DNA of 25,805 nucleotides from Chlamydiia bacterium (GTDB lineage Bacteria; Chlamydiota; Chlamydiia; Chlamydiales; JBMOFD01), in the NCBI GenBank assembly GCA_049314435.1, contig JBMOFD010000021.1, positions 1 to 25,805 on the forward strand. Reading direction: 5' to 3'. The position numbers were made by a program, and so were the translations under genes. This document shows positions 8,216 through 18,031 of the stretch, piece after piece (position 1 is the first letter of the stretch; each line of letters begins with the position of its first letter). Under the pieces are notes generated by a model. That model saw only the letters and a list, made by a program, of their open reading frames with translations, had not been told where the DNA came from and ran no database searches.

Positions 8216-9022
8216 ATGCGCTGCATCTCGTACTGCACAGCTAGCACTTATGATTTGAGAAGTTTGGACCAGCGGCTCTCTGAGCGCTGTGCCCGTCGCC
8301 CCTTCCGGGACTGCCTCCTCTGTGAGTTCCCTGGACCCCAGAATAGGACCTTTGAAGTCTGCTTTTTTGCCTATGGCGTCTTCGTTGCGTGGGGCTTGCC
8401 TCCCGAGATGGAGGAGTGGCTCCTCAATGAACTCAAAGAATGTGAACGACAGCCCCTTAACCTGCGGGCCGAGGACGAGTTCTCCTTCTCTATAGGATCA
8501 GCTGCCAAAGTCTCCAGTGATGAGATCACAGTCCCCGATGAGGATCCCCTCTCGAAATTGGCCTTAAGTCACGGCATTGCTCAGTCCGTGAAATTGAGCG
8601 TCTTTGAGGTCAGCATCCAGAAGGTCATCGATGAAACGCGCGCCCTCCCAGAGGAGCTCGCATCAAGGGGACGCATCCCCCTCTCCCGTCGCCAAATTAG
8701 ACAAATGATGGGTCGCCTCTTCATTGAGCGCTGCTCGGTAAACCTCCATACCGAGATCCTGGACATACCAGAATTTTTTTGGGAGTACAGCGAGCTCGAG
8801 CCTCTCTATCGGATGATGTCCAACTACCTCGATCTCTTCCCACGGGTAGAGGTGCTCAACAAACGCCTAGATATCGTCCATGAACTGTTCGGCATCCTCA
8901 CGGAAGAGCTCAGGCATCAGCACAGCACGATCCTGGAGTGGGTCATTATCCTCCTGATCTCCGTGGAGGTCATTCTCCAGCTCTTGTGGCACGGCCATAG
9001 CCTACCACTCCTCGGGGCTTAA
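8216..9022 (+). CDS. RMD1 / DUF155 (YagE-like) family protein
   Basis: YCTASTYDL, FFAYGVFVAWG, SHGIAQSVKLSVFE, ILDIPEFFWE, RVEVLNKRL, LEWVIILLISVEV. Confidence 0.93.
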   Translation: MRCISYCTASTYDLRSLDQRLSERCARRPFRDCLLCEFPGPQNRTFEVCFFAYGVFVAWGLPPEMEEWLLNELKECERQPLNLRAEDEFSFSIGSAAKVSSDEITVPDEDPLSKLALSHGIAQSVKLSVFEVSIQKVIDETRALPEELASRGRIPLSRRQIRQMMGRLFIERCSVNLHTEILDIPEFFWEYSELEPLYRMMSNYLDLFPRVEVLNKRLDIVHELFGILTEELRHQHSTILEWVIILLISVEVILQLLWHGHSLPLLGA

Positions 9023-9133
9023 ATAGGTTTACAATTTTTTAATATCGCAGGGAAGACTCGAGGCAGTTCCTCTGTACCCCCCCTCTCTTTCCGGCTGAGA
9101 CAAACCTCTGGACCACTATCAGGCGAGTCGTTT

Positions 9134-9364
9134 ATGCTCAATCCGATCTCGTTCACAGTCAATGGCATGCGTACTTTTCAACCTATCCAAGTTATGAGCC
9201 TTTTGCGTCAGCCAAAGCGCCCTCCCGCCCCCGGTCCGCAGATGGCCTGGGTGCATGGTAAGGTCTGCTTTTCGATGGCCGAGCCGGTCGAAATCCGCTC
9301 TAAAAAAGGCTACAATATCCAGTTCGTGAACTTGCTAGAGGCTCCTACTCTAAGAGCGAACTGA
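9134..9364 (+). CDS. Possible small hypothetical protein
   Basis: 76-aa ATG ORF that fills the gap and ends 1 nt from the convergent LysM gene stop. No strong SD and no motif. Confidence 0.3.
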   Translation: MLNPISFTVNGMRTFQPIQVMSLLRQPKRPPAPGPQMAWVHGKVCFSMAEPVEIRSKKGYNIQFVNLLEAPTLRAN

Positions 9365-9365
9365 G

Positions 9366-10661
9366 CTAGCTCTTGGCCGGCAGCAGTAGTGTTGATCCGG
9401 AGGTGAGCTTGTCGCTATGCATCTCATTGAGTTTGCGAATCTCAGCGGCCGACACTCCATATTTCTTTGCGATCTTCTGCAACGTATCTCCAGCACGCAC
9501 CTGAATCACTCTAAGATTATTCTTGGATGGTTTTTGCGGTCGCTCTTGCTGTTTGGCCACTGGTTTTGGCGTGTTCTGGGCTGGAGCCGATACCGTGACG
9601 GCACGAACCGGAGCGACAGGGGCTGCCTGCCTTGGAACGCAATGCGCAGCGAATGCAGGAGCCACCTCTGGGCAATAGCGTTCTAGCGCCGCGGTCAGGC
9701 TCATGGGTTGGGGTGGTTCTTCCCCGTCGAGGGCATAGAGCCTCTGAGCTGCAAACTGCCGAATCCCGTCACTGCGCGGGCTAGCCAAGATGGTTCGTAG
9801 AAGTGGCTTGAGAGCTCCGGCCTCTACTTCGCGCAAAGAGATCATCTGCAGAAGCTGAGGGTCGGTCAGTCTCTTTTGAGCCCATTGAGATCCCTCTTCC
9901 ATCAGCCAGCGAGCGGCAAGGCTGCTTCCCGCCTCCATGCATTCAGTAAGAAGACCAAAGCGCTGTTCCACCGATAGATCTCGCGCATGGCGCTGTCGAT
10001 CCCAGAAGGAAGCAAAGGGCTTCCAATCGGCTTCAATGGCAAGGTCCACGAGCTGAACGCGGGTCCTTGCAGGAGGCACGCTCTGGAAGAGCTCCTCGAC
10101 AAGGCGCCATGCATCGGAGTGGCCAAGACAGACGAGAAGATCCTTTCGATCGCGTGCGTCGAGGTCAGGGCGATCACGCAGCCAGCGAATGCACCCCGCC
10201 GCAGTCAGAGGGAAACGCTCACTCTCGATGAGCCTCGTGATCCTCTGATAAGCTGCATCATCTAGTCCTGGGAAGAGCGTCATGCTCATCGAGCCTAGCT
10301 GGGCGGCCCTCTGCTGCTGGGGCCACCGGCCTAAAGCACGAGCGAGATCCAAGCCAAAGTGATCCACCAGTCTGGAAAGAGCCACGTCTCTCTGGCTGAA
10401 ACCGAATTCCAGAGGAGTGGGATCTTTGAGCTTGTTCACCAGCTGGTCCCAGTTCAGGGCATTCAGTTGATGAAGCGCCTGCCCTAGGGTTGGCTGTGCA
10501 GGATGGGCCTTTGGATTGAGCGTGAGAACAAGACTGTCACTACGGTGACTCCAGGAGAGCCAGACAAGGGCAGTCAAGAGAGCGGCATTCCCGACTAAGC
10601 TTAGAACCAGCCACTGTGTGTACCAACGAATACGTCGGTGCAGATCCAATTCGTTCGCCAT
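9366..10661 (-). CDS. Membrane-anchored protein with C-terminal LysM domain
   Basis: N-terminal TM segment (WLVLSLVGNAALLTALVWL), Pro/Ala/Lys linker, and LysM IQVRAGDTLQKIAKKYGVSAAEIRKLN...GSTLLLP. Confidence 0.9.
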   Translation of the reverse strand: MANELDLHRRIRWYTQWLVLSLVGNAALLTALVWLSWSHRSDSLVLTLNPKAHPAQPTLGQALHQLNALNWDQLVNKLKDPTPLEFGFSQRDVALSRLVDHFGLDLARALGRWPQQQRAAQLGSMSMTLFPGLDDAAYQRITRLIESERFPLTAAGCIRWLRDRPDLDARDRKDLLVCLGHSDAWRLVEELFQSVPPARTRVQLVDLAIEADWKPFASFWDRQRHARDLSVEQRFGLLTECMEAGSSLAARWLMEEGSQWAQKRLTDPQLLQMISLREVEAGALKPLLRTILASPRSDGIRQFAAQRLYALDGEEPPQPMSLTAALERYCPEVAPAFAAHCVPRQAAPVAPVRAVTVSAPAQNTPKPVAKQQERPQKPSKNNLRVIQVRAGDTLQKIAKKYGVSAAEIRKLNEMHSDKLTSGSTLLLPAKS

Positions 10662-10851
10662 GCACTTGCTCCAGGCTCAACTTCAGCTTCTCTTCCGAAG
10701 GATATGGACAAGGGGAATTTGCGGCATGTTCCCTAGGACGGCTCGACACCTAGGATGAGCCAAACAGACCGAGCACCCATGTCCAGGGAAACCAAAACCT
10801 GGTAAATTAGCCTCCAATCATGACCTGCTCTCTCTGTGAAAGGTTCCTCAT

Positions 10852-13221
10852 ATGCGCATTCCACTCTCGTGGCTGAAAGAGTTTCTTCCCTCTCTTCCCG
10901 ATCTCTCCGTCGTCGTGAGCACACTCACCAACCTCGGGATCGAGGTGGATGCTGTGGAGCCCTTGGCTCCCCGCTTCGGAGGTGTCCGCGTTGTGGAGAT
11001 TCTCGAAGTGCAGGTTAGTTCTGATCCATCAGCGCTGCGCATCGCCGAGATCTTCGACGGGAAGAACAAGCAGCGGGTGGTCTGCGCTGCAAGCAATTGC
11101 CGCAAAGGGCTTCTAGCAGCTTGGGCACCTCCTGGTAGTCACCTACCGGATGGAGAGGGAACTCTGACCATACAGGCTAAGGAGATCCAAGGAGTCGCTT
11201 CCTATGGGATGCTCTGCAGCCTGGACGAATTGGGACTTGAAGCCTCTTCCGATGGCATTTGGGAGATCGGTTCTGGTCTCGAGCTAGGTCAGGAAATAGC
11301 GGCTTACTGTTCCGATACAGTGCTCCATCTCTCCCTAACGCCCAATCTGGGGCACTGCATGAGTGTGCTCGGCATTGCTCGTGAGCTGGCTGCTGCTTTG
11401 GAGATCCCCCTTGTCGTTCCGCCTCTTGGCACTTCACTCGTTGGTCTGCCTCAGAGTCGTCAGGTTCAGATCGATCCGGCCTGCTGCTCACAATATACGG
11501 TGCTTCAAGCCGTACTGCCGAACGAAGTCATTACACCCTTCTTGATGCAGCATCGTCTCCGCCTATCGGGACAGCGATCGATCGGGTTCGTCGTGGATCT
11601 CACAAACTATGTTCTTCTCGGACATGGGCAGCCGATGCACGCCTTCGATGCTGATGAGGTAAAGGGCACGATCTCAGTCCGTCTAGGCAAACCTGGAGAG
11701 CAGCTTCTTCTCCTCAATGACCAGAAGGTAGACGTCGCTAACTCTCCCATCATTGCAGATGAGCGAGGCCCTCTGGCCTTAGCGGGGATCATGGGTGGCA
11801 AGCCAAGCGCCGTAACGGCAAAAACCCGCCGTCTCCTTATTGAATGCGCAGTCTTCTACCCATCCACCGTACGCAAGACCAGTAAGGCCCTGGGTGTCCG
11901 CAGCGATTCAAGCCAGCACTATGAACGCGGAGTCGATGAGGGCGCCTGCAGATCCGCACTCCAGAGAATGGCGGATCTGCTGCAGGGCCACGCAGGTTTT
12001 GTGGAGGGCCTTACTCAGGCAGGGAACCTGCCTGTACCTCGATGCATCAGCTACAACGTGGAGTGGGGCAACCGTCGACTGGGCTTTGCTCTGTCAGCTG
12101 GTGAGATCCAAAAGATCCTTGAGGGCCAGCGCTGCTGCGTGACGGCGACCTCTGACGAAGGGATCTACCTGGTGCAACCGCCCAGCGATCGCAATGATCT
12201 ACAGCAACCGATCGATCTCGTCGAAGAGCTGGCTCGCTGCTACGGCTATGACCATATCCCGCGACCTACTCTTGCCTACCAGCCTGGTGCCCTTCCTGCA
12301 CATCCAACGTGGACGCAATTGCAGACGATGGGTGACCAGCTTGTGAGGTTAGGACTGCAAGAGGTCATCACCTCCACTCTTCTGGGGCCTGAAGCGGTCT
12401 CCTGGCTTAGCGAACGTCCGGTCATTGCGATGGCCAATCCCTCGTCGGTGGAGCACTCGATCCTTCGCCCCAGCCTCCTACCGGGCCTCCTGGAGGTCCT
12501 GAGACAAAATCAGGCCCGACGCACATTCCAGCTTGCTCTATTTGAATTGGGGCAGGTGCATACGTTGGAGGCGGGGACTGCGGACCCCATCAAGGCTCAT
12601 CGCGAACCGTGGCACTTGGGTCTCCTGGTCAGCGGACCCCAGGACCCGATCAACTGGGAAAGCACACCCGCCGCCTGGGATTTCTTCCACCTTAAAGGCG
12701 TCCTTGAGAGATGGCTGCAACTCGGCTATGGGCTCTCATTAGAGTTGGTCCCAAGCCAAGATCCGCTTCTCCACCCCTTGCGCCAGGGAGCTATCCTCTG
12801 CGAGGGCATCCGTTTGGGATTGATGGGTGAGATCCATCCTAGCGTGCTTGAACAGCTAGGTCTGCGAGATCGGCCCCTTGTGGCTGAGCTGGACCTCGAA
12901 CCCATTCTAGCCCGCACAGCGATCAGCCGCTCCCTGCCTCCTCCTCCAGAATTCCCATCTGTGGAGCGGGACCTCACCTTGGCTCTGCCTGGGCATACAC
13001 CTGTCGGTATTGTAGAAGCCCTCATTGAGCGGCACCATCCTGAAGAGATGCAGGAATGGGCGGTCACCTCTGTCTTTGTGGATCCGCAAACCCCTGATCA
13101 ACGTCGAGTCACTTGGCGGTTCCAGTACAGAGGAACGCATCGTACTCTTACCTCAGAGGAAGTAGATGGTGCACAGATGGCACTCGTCGAAAAACTCGCT
13201 TCTGCTCTAGCCTCTCAATAG
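10852..13221 (+). CDS. pheT: Phenylalanine--tRNA ligase beta subunit
   Basis: MRIPLSWLKEF, SYGMLCSLDELGL, LTPNLGHCMSVLGIARE, GQPMHAFD, DLVEELARCYGYD, FPSVERDL. Confidence 0.98.
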   Translation: MRIPLSWLKEFLPSLPDLSVVVSTLTNLGIEVDAVEPLAPRFGGVRVVEILEVQVSSDPSALRIAEIFDGKNKQRVVCAASNCRKGLLAAWAPPGSHLPDGEGTLTIQAKEIQGVASYGMLCSLDELGLEASSDGIWEIGSGLELGQEIAAYCSDTVLHLSLTPNLGHCMSVLGIARELAAALEIPLVVPPLGTSLVGLPQSRQVQIDPACCSQYTVLQAVLPNEVITPFLMQHRLRLSGQRSIGFVVDLTNYVLLGHGQPMHAFDADEVKGTISVRLGKPGEQLLLLNDQKVDVANSPIIADERGPLALAGIMGGKPSAVTAKTRRLLIECAVFYPSTVRKTSKALGVRSDSSQHYERGVDEGACRSALQRMADLLQGHAGFVEGLTQAGNLPVPRCISYNVEWGNRRLGFALSAGEIQKILEGQRCCVTATSDEGIYLVQPPSDRNDLQQPIDLVEELARCYGYDHIPRPTLAYQPGALPAHPTWTQLQTMGDQLVRLGLQEVITSTLLGPEAVSWLSERPVIAMANPSSVEHSILRPSLLPGLLEVLRQNQARRTFQLALFELGQVHTLEAGTADPIKAHREPWHLGLLVSGPQDPINWESTPAAWDFFHLKGVLERWLQLGYGLSLELVPSQDPLLHPLRQGAILCEGIRLGLMGEIHPSVLEQLGLRDRPLVAELDLEPILARTAISRSLPPPPEFPSVERDLTLALPGHTPVGIVEALIERHHPEEMQEWAVTSVFVDPQTPDQRRVTWRFQYRGTHRTLTSEEVDGAQMALVEKLASALASQ

Positions 13222-13237
13222 AACTAGGAGTGCTCTT

Positions 13238-14206
13238 ATGCGCTGCATATTTGTCTGCGGACTTGGTTGGCTAATTCTACTCTCTGGGTGTATCACACCG
13301 TGCAAATGCGGTTCGCCACCGCCCATTGCCCAGACCTACACTCACAAATACGGCCAGGTGCTTTCAGAGAAAGACTGGCGTGAGAAGGGAAGCTACGGGA
13401 CGATCACGTCGCGTCTTCCCAATGGCGTCACACGTATAGAGACCTTCGAACAGGGTGTCCTACACGGTGAGTGCTCTGAGACTTTCCCCTTCAATCAGGC
13501 TATTGCCCTGCGGCAAGTCTATGAGCGTGGACAGAAGGTCCAGGAAGTTGGCTATTCAACTGGTGGAGCCCCCCTCCAAAAGCAGGAGTGGCGCGGTGAC
13601 CAGCGCATTGCGACAACATGGTATCCAGATGGATCCCCAATGGCCGTCGAGTCCTATGAACAGGATCGCTTGATCTCCGGTGAATACTTCAATCGCGAGC
13701 ATGAGTTGGAGGCCCAGGTCCTGGAAGGAAAAGGGTATCGCATCTGCCGAGACACTCAGGGAAAGATCCTCGCTCAAGAAGAGATCTCCAGTGGTGAAGT
13801 GTGCCTCCATACTGAGTACTTTGATTCAGGCATCCCCTCTAAGGTTACTCCCTTCTTCCGTGGAGCCATCCATGGCCTGGTAGCGACCTATCTACCTGAC
13901 GGGCAACCCGCCAGTACCGAGCACTACCACCTCGGCAAGAGACATGGTCTCACCACGCTCTTTCTGAATGGTGATCGAGCCCAGGAAGTCCCCTATGTCC
14001 ATGGGAAAAAAGAGGGCATAGAAAAACATTACGAGGATGGCCACTCAGTAGTTCGCACCGTAGCTTGGCGAGAAGATCTACAACATGGCCCTACCGAAAC
14101 TCTCCTGCCCGAAGCTCGGTCGATCGAGTACTGGTACCGCGGGGACTTGGTTCCCAAGCTCACTTACGAACGACAGGTGAGCAAGGAGCGAGCACGCCAC
14201 AGATAG
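13238..14206 (+). CDS. Lipoprotein with MORN-variant (YwqK-like) repeats
   Basis: Lipobox LLSGC. Repeated G.(L/I)HG...(Y/F)..G units (GVLHGECS, GAIHGLVATYLPDG, GKRHGLTT, GKKEGIEKHY). Confidence 0.85.
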   Translation: MRCIFVCGLGWLILLSGCITPCKCGSPPPIAQTYTHKYGQVLSEKDWREKGSYGTITSRLPNGVTRIETFEQGVLHGECSETFPFNQAIALRQVYERGQKVQEVGYSTGGAPLQKQEWRGDQRIATTWYPDGSPMAVESYEQDRLISGEYFNREHELEAQVLEGKGYRICRDTQGKILAQEEISSGEVCLHTEYFDSGIPSKVTPFFRGAIHGLVATYLPDGQPASTEHYHLGKRHGLTTLFLNGDRAQEVPYVHGKKEGIEKHYEDGHSVVRTVAWREDLQHGPTETLLPEARSIEYWYRGDLVPKLTYERQVSKERARHR

Positions 14207-14228
14207 GCCTCGACGCCCTTCCAGATAT

Positions 14229-14275
14229 ACTGCAGAGCTCGATCACCAGCGTGTTCGCGCTCTGCAGTTTTTTTT
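14229..14275 (+). terminator. Intrinsic terminator after the pheT-lipoprotein operon
   Basis: actgcagagc / gctctgcagt stem with imperfect inner pairing, followed by T8 (14268-14275). Confidence 0.7.
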
Positions 14276-14628
14276 CTAACCTATCCACGCCTAGACATCT
14301 GAAGCCAATTCTAGCCATATCCTCACCTCCTTGATGGGCCTTTTTCGGCATCGTGGACAAAACAAGAGCTGATCTGTACATTCCGAGGAATGCTTACGCC
14401 TGATGAGCCTGAATGGGGAGGGTCTCCAGTGAGACAAAACCCCGCTTGGGATTGGGAAAGCTGGTTTATTTGCCTGATTTCGGGCTTGCAGGGAAGGCCA
14501 ATGCGTCTACCTGGGGCAAGAGGGGCATAGGAGCCTTTGGGGGGAACCCCGAGAGATTAACCATATACAGGGAGCGTAGTGCTACTCACTCTGCATGAGG
14601 CTGGTAGTGCTGCGTCATCTACGATCTG

Positions 14629-16566
14629 ATGCGAAACCGTCTCGCTTGCTTATGCGTCTTGGCCATCCTAGGGGTCACTGCCTGTTCCCCAGTGCCTCAA
14701 AAGGACTGGGTGGCATCTCAGGTCAATGAACTTCTGGCCAAGTATCGTGAGAACAATGAGAAGCTTGCCGAACGGCTTCAAAACATGCCTCTCGATGCCC
14801 CAGGCATTCGCAACCTGGAAGTCCGTCATCACGAGCAAGATCTCCTTGTCACCGTTTCTTTAGACCGCGCACCTTTGGATGTAGTCATACGAAGACTCCT
14901 GGCTGAAGCCAAGGTGAGCTTCCTATACGAGCGTGCTGGCCCCCAGGGACGGGTAACAGCCTCCTTCAAACATCAGCCCTTTTTGCGCGCTCTGAACATC
15001 CTTCTGGAGCCGTTTGAATATGAAACAGTCGTCCAAGGTGGTGTCTACGTCATTCGGGAACGTCCCATCGGTGAATCAGCGGATGAGGCCTTGGCCAAGG
15101 CGCTTGCCTCGGGTATGGGTGCCACCGGTGCTACAGGAGCTGGCCATCCGGGAGCAACAGGAGCGACTGGTGTAGGTCCTGCCGGTCCTACAGGAGCAAC
15201 CGGTCCTGGCCCTACTGGGGTGACCGGATCGATGACAGTCTCCTCCACAACAGGCGCAACGGGCGCAACGGGAATGGCACCCCCCGGCTCCACCGGAGCC
15301 ACGGGGACTACGGGGACACCCACCATTGTTCCGGTTGGAGCCGTTCCCTTGCCGATGCCTCCACCGCCACCGGAACAGGGCCCTACAGGTATATCCGCCT
15401 CACCTGCTCCTATCCCAGCAACAGCCTCTCCACAGCCCGCACCGGCCACAGCTACACCTGTGGGCAGCCCGCCTGCAGTGAATGTGACGGGGCCAACCGA
15501 AAGCACGCCTCCGCCACCACCACCTTCAGCGGCCGCTACTCCAACGCCGCCCGCCACACCGGCGGCGCCCAGCGGCCCCCCACCCGTGGTCTATAGGGCG
15601 ATCACACCGCTCTATGTGCCGGCTAGTTACATCATCACGAACATCCTGACGACGGTGTACCCTGCAGGCGGAACGAACTCCATCCAGTATGGCATGGTGC
15701 CCGAAACCAACCAGATCTTCCTACATGGACCTGCCGACGAAGTAGCCAGAGCTGTACGCATGGTTCGTGACGCCGATGTGGAGCCTACCCACGTTTATTT
15801 CGAGGGAGTCCTGGTTGCGTTCAGTACGGAAGCAAGCGAGGTTCTTGGAGCGGCCCTGACCAATCTGGCCTACAAACAGTATGACCAGATCTCCGTTTCA
15901 GCTGGCTTCCCGAACAGTCCGGCAGGCGGAGCCAACGGTTTGATCCAGGTCATCCGAGACAACACGCAGTACAATCCTCTAAATTTCCAGGCCCTGATCC
16001 AGAACCTCGTGGCGATTGACCAAGCGAGAGTTCTTGCGAGGCCCTACCTATTCACTCTCTCTGGGAACCAGGCTAGCTTGAATGTGGGTGACTCAGGGTA
16101 TGTGCAGGTATCAAGCGGTGGTGCCGGTGGGACCACAACATCGAGCAACCCGATCACGGTCGGAACGACGTTGACCTTTACCCCTAACGTCTTGCCCGAT
16201 GGGACCATTCGCCTCCAGGTGAACCTGAGTCAGGAGACCTTCCAGCCAGCATCCTTTGAACTCCAAGCGGAAACCCAGAAGGCGCAAGCCTCCACAGTCC
16301 TCCAGATTCGTGATGGCGAGAGTGTTCTGATCGGTGGCTTGAACCTGCAAGAATCGAGCCAACAGAGTAACGGATTCCCGTATCTTGAGAAGATCCCTCT
16401 GTTGAACTTCATCTTCAAAGCCACCTACAACACCTATTTCCAAGACCAAGTGTTCTTCTATGTGACGCCGCGCATCTGGCGTCCCTCGATCGATCTACCC
16501 GTCGAGCCCGTTCCGAAAATCCCCTTTGAATCGAAACTCGATGCGCTCAACCGGCCTTATAATTAG
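14629..16566 (+). CDS. Lipoprotein secretin, paralog 1 (N0/STN, Gly-X-Thr and Pro-rich insert, N3, secretin domain)
   Basis: Lipobox VTAC. N0 segment VSLDRAPL...GRVTASF...ALNILL. N3 segment VPETNQIFLHGPADEV. Secretin core ARVLARP, VGTTLTFTPNVLPDGTIRL, STVLQIRDGESVLIGGL, GFPYLEKIPLL, FYVTPRI. Confidence 0.92.
   Translation: MRNRLACLCVLAILGVTACSPVPQKDWVASQVNELLAKYRENNEKLAERLQNMPLDAPGIRNLEVRHHEQDLLVTVSLDRAPLDVVIRRLLAEAKVSFLYERAGPQGRVTASFKHQPFLRALNILLEPFEYETVVQGGVYVIRERPIGESADEALAKALASGMGATGATGAGHPGATGATGVGPAGPTGATGPGPTGVTGSMTVSSTTGATGATGMAPPGSTGATGTTGTPTIVPVGAVPLPMPPPPPEQGPTGISASPAPIPATASPQPAPATATPVGSPPAVNVTGPTESTPPPPPPSAAATPTPPATPAAPSGPPPVVYRAITPLYVPASYIITNILTTVYPAGGTNSIQYGMVPETNQIFLHGPADEVARAVRMVRDADVEPTHVYFEGVLVAFSTEASEVLGAALTNLAYKQYDQISVSAGFPNSPAGGANGLIQVIRDNTQYNPLNFQALIQNLVAIDQARVLARPYLFTLSGNQASLNVGDSGYVQVSSGGAGGTTTSSNPITVGTTLTFTPNVLPDGTIRLQVNLSQETFQPASFELQAETQKAQASTVLQIRDGESVLIGGLNLQESSQQSNGFPYLEKIPLLNFIFKATYNTYFQDQVFFYVTPRIWRPSIDLPVEPVPKIPFESKLDALNRPYN
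15118..15585 (+). repeat. Low-complexity coding region: collagen-like GAT/GPT triplets followed by a Pro/Ala/Thr tract
   Basis: GATGATG, GPTGATGPGPTGVTG, GATGATG, GSTGATGTTG, then PPPPP and PATP-type runs. Confidence 0.85.
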
Positions 16567-18031
16567 TCTTTGTCTGACGGTTGGATGCCTTCGCCCGGTG
16601 CCACCTGACACGAAGGGTCTCGTGTCGGTGGCCTGGGAGGATCTTCACCATGCGCAGCAAGATGCTTGGGTCAAACCGCCATTGCCCTATACGCTCCATG
16701 TGGATGGGGTGGGGTTAGACGCCAAAGTCTCATTGGCCGCCACTCAGGTCTCCCCCCAGCCGTTGCTTGTGGATCTCTTCACGCGCTTAGAGATCGACTT
16801 CGTCTTTGACTTTTGTGCAGCGGAAGGTGCTCTCACAGGCGTTTGGGAGAGCTGCGGAGCTCGTGATCTGATTGAGCAATTGCTAGCGCCGAGCCATTTG
16901 CAGATGGATCTGCACCAGCTCCAAGATGGGCATACACTCTGTGTCATCCAGGAGAGGCCTCTGCCCTTACCCTCTTCCACACCGGCCTCTACAACCACCA
17001 TCTACCGGGAGCTCATGCCCTGCTACCAGATGGCGAGCAACTTGCAGAGTAACCTACTCGTCGGATCAGCTTCCTCCCAAGCAATCTATCCGGCTGGTAA
17101 TAGCGCAGGTCTTACGGTCGGCATGAATATGGAGTCCAACCGCCTCTTCTTCCGCGGTCCTGAGGAGGAGGTGCGTCGTGCCGTCCAAATGGTCCAGAAG
17201 GCCGATCTCCCTCTGCAGCACGTGCTGTTCGACTGCTACTTCCTTCGAGTGAATCAGAACTACCTGGCTGAACTTGGGCTCCAGCTCACGCTGCTCCAGG
17301 GTCCCAATCAGTTCTATAACGTGGGGAACTTACCCGGAGCGGCCTTCGATCCCAACGCGCTTCTGAGTGCCTTTGTTCAATACTACCTGTTGCCAAGTAC
17401 AGACCGTCCCCTGCTGTTGAGTCTGCTTCAGGATGGTTTTGGCCGAGGCGGGTTGGAGGCGCTCATCTCTGCCTCTGAAATTCGCACCCAAGCTCGGGAG
17501 CAGGCTCTGGCACTCAATGGCCAGCAAGCGGTCTTCCAGGTAGGCCGTAATGGCTACCTGTTGCTGACGACCTACTCGTCAGGTATCCCCTCTGTGAGCA
17601 CCCAAACCATTGAGACGGGAGCGATCATCACGTTGACGCCTACGATCCTGCCCAACCAAACGGTACGTGTGGACACGCAGATTGAGTTCTCTGAGTTTAC
17701 CGAATCGGGAGTGAGCCGTATCGCGGCTAACAAGACCCAGGCTGTCCTACACTCCATCTCGCAAGTGCGTTCAGGACAGCCCATCGTCTTAGGTGGAATA
17801 TGGAGGACTCAGTCATCGATTTCCGATCAGGGGTACCCTGGACTCCGACTCGTTCCCATCATCGATCTCATCGGGGGAGCCTCGGTATTCAATCCTTCAG
17901 AACAGCAGATCATCATCGCGATCATTCCCCGTATCGTCGAGCCAAGGCTACACTCTCCATTGCTGCAGATTAACACCGCCATCCAGCTCGTTGACGAACC
18001 GGTGGGTGTGCACAACATCCCGAGGGATTGA
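16541..18031 (+). CDS. Lipoprotein secretin, paralog 2
   Basis: MRSTGLIISLCLTVGC lipobox; ESNRLFFRGPEEEV; TGAIITLTPTILPNQTVRV; VRSGQPIVLGG; GYPGLRLVPII; IIPRIV. Start overlaps paralog 1 by 26 nt. Confidence 0.9.
   Translation: MRSTGLIISLCLTVGCLRPVPPDTKGLVSVAWEDLHHAQQDAWVKPPLPYTLHVDGVGLDAKVSLAATQVSPQPLLVDLFTRLEIDFVFDFCAAEGALTGVWESCGARDLIEQLLAPSHLQMDLHQLQDGHTLCVIQERPLPLPSSTPASTTTIYRELMPCYQMASNLQSNLLVGSASSQAIYPAGNSAGLTVGMNMESNRLFFRGPEEEVRRAVQMVQKADLPLQHVLFDCYFLRVNQNYLAELGLQLTLLQGPNQFYNVGNLPGAAFDPNALLSAFVQYYLLPSTDRPLLLSLLQDGFGRGGLEALISASEIRTQAREQALALNGQQAVFQVGRNGYLLLTTYSSGIPSVSTQTIETGAIITLTPTILPNQTVRVDTQIEFSEFTESGVSRIAANKTQAVLHSISQVRSGQPIVLGGIWRTQSSISDQGYPGLRLVPIIDLIGGASVFNPSEQQIIIAIIPRIVEPRLHSPLLQINTAIQLVDEPVGVHNIPRD

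Noticed and set aside
13238..14206. YwqK antitoxin of a toxin-antitoxin system
   Set aside because: The similarity is only to MORN-variant repeats. It is a lipoprotein downstream of pheT with no toxin neighbour.
14400..14440. CTGATGAG hammerhead ribozyme core
   Set aside because: No stem II followed by GAAA and no flanking stems.
15045..15557. 170-aa Gly/Val-rich minus-strand ORF
   Set aside because: Antisense shadow of the Pro/Thr-rich insert in secretin 1.
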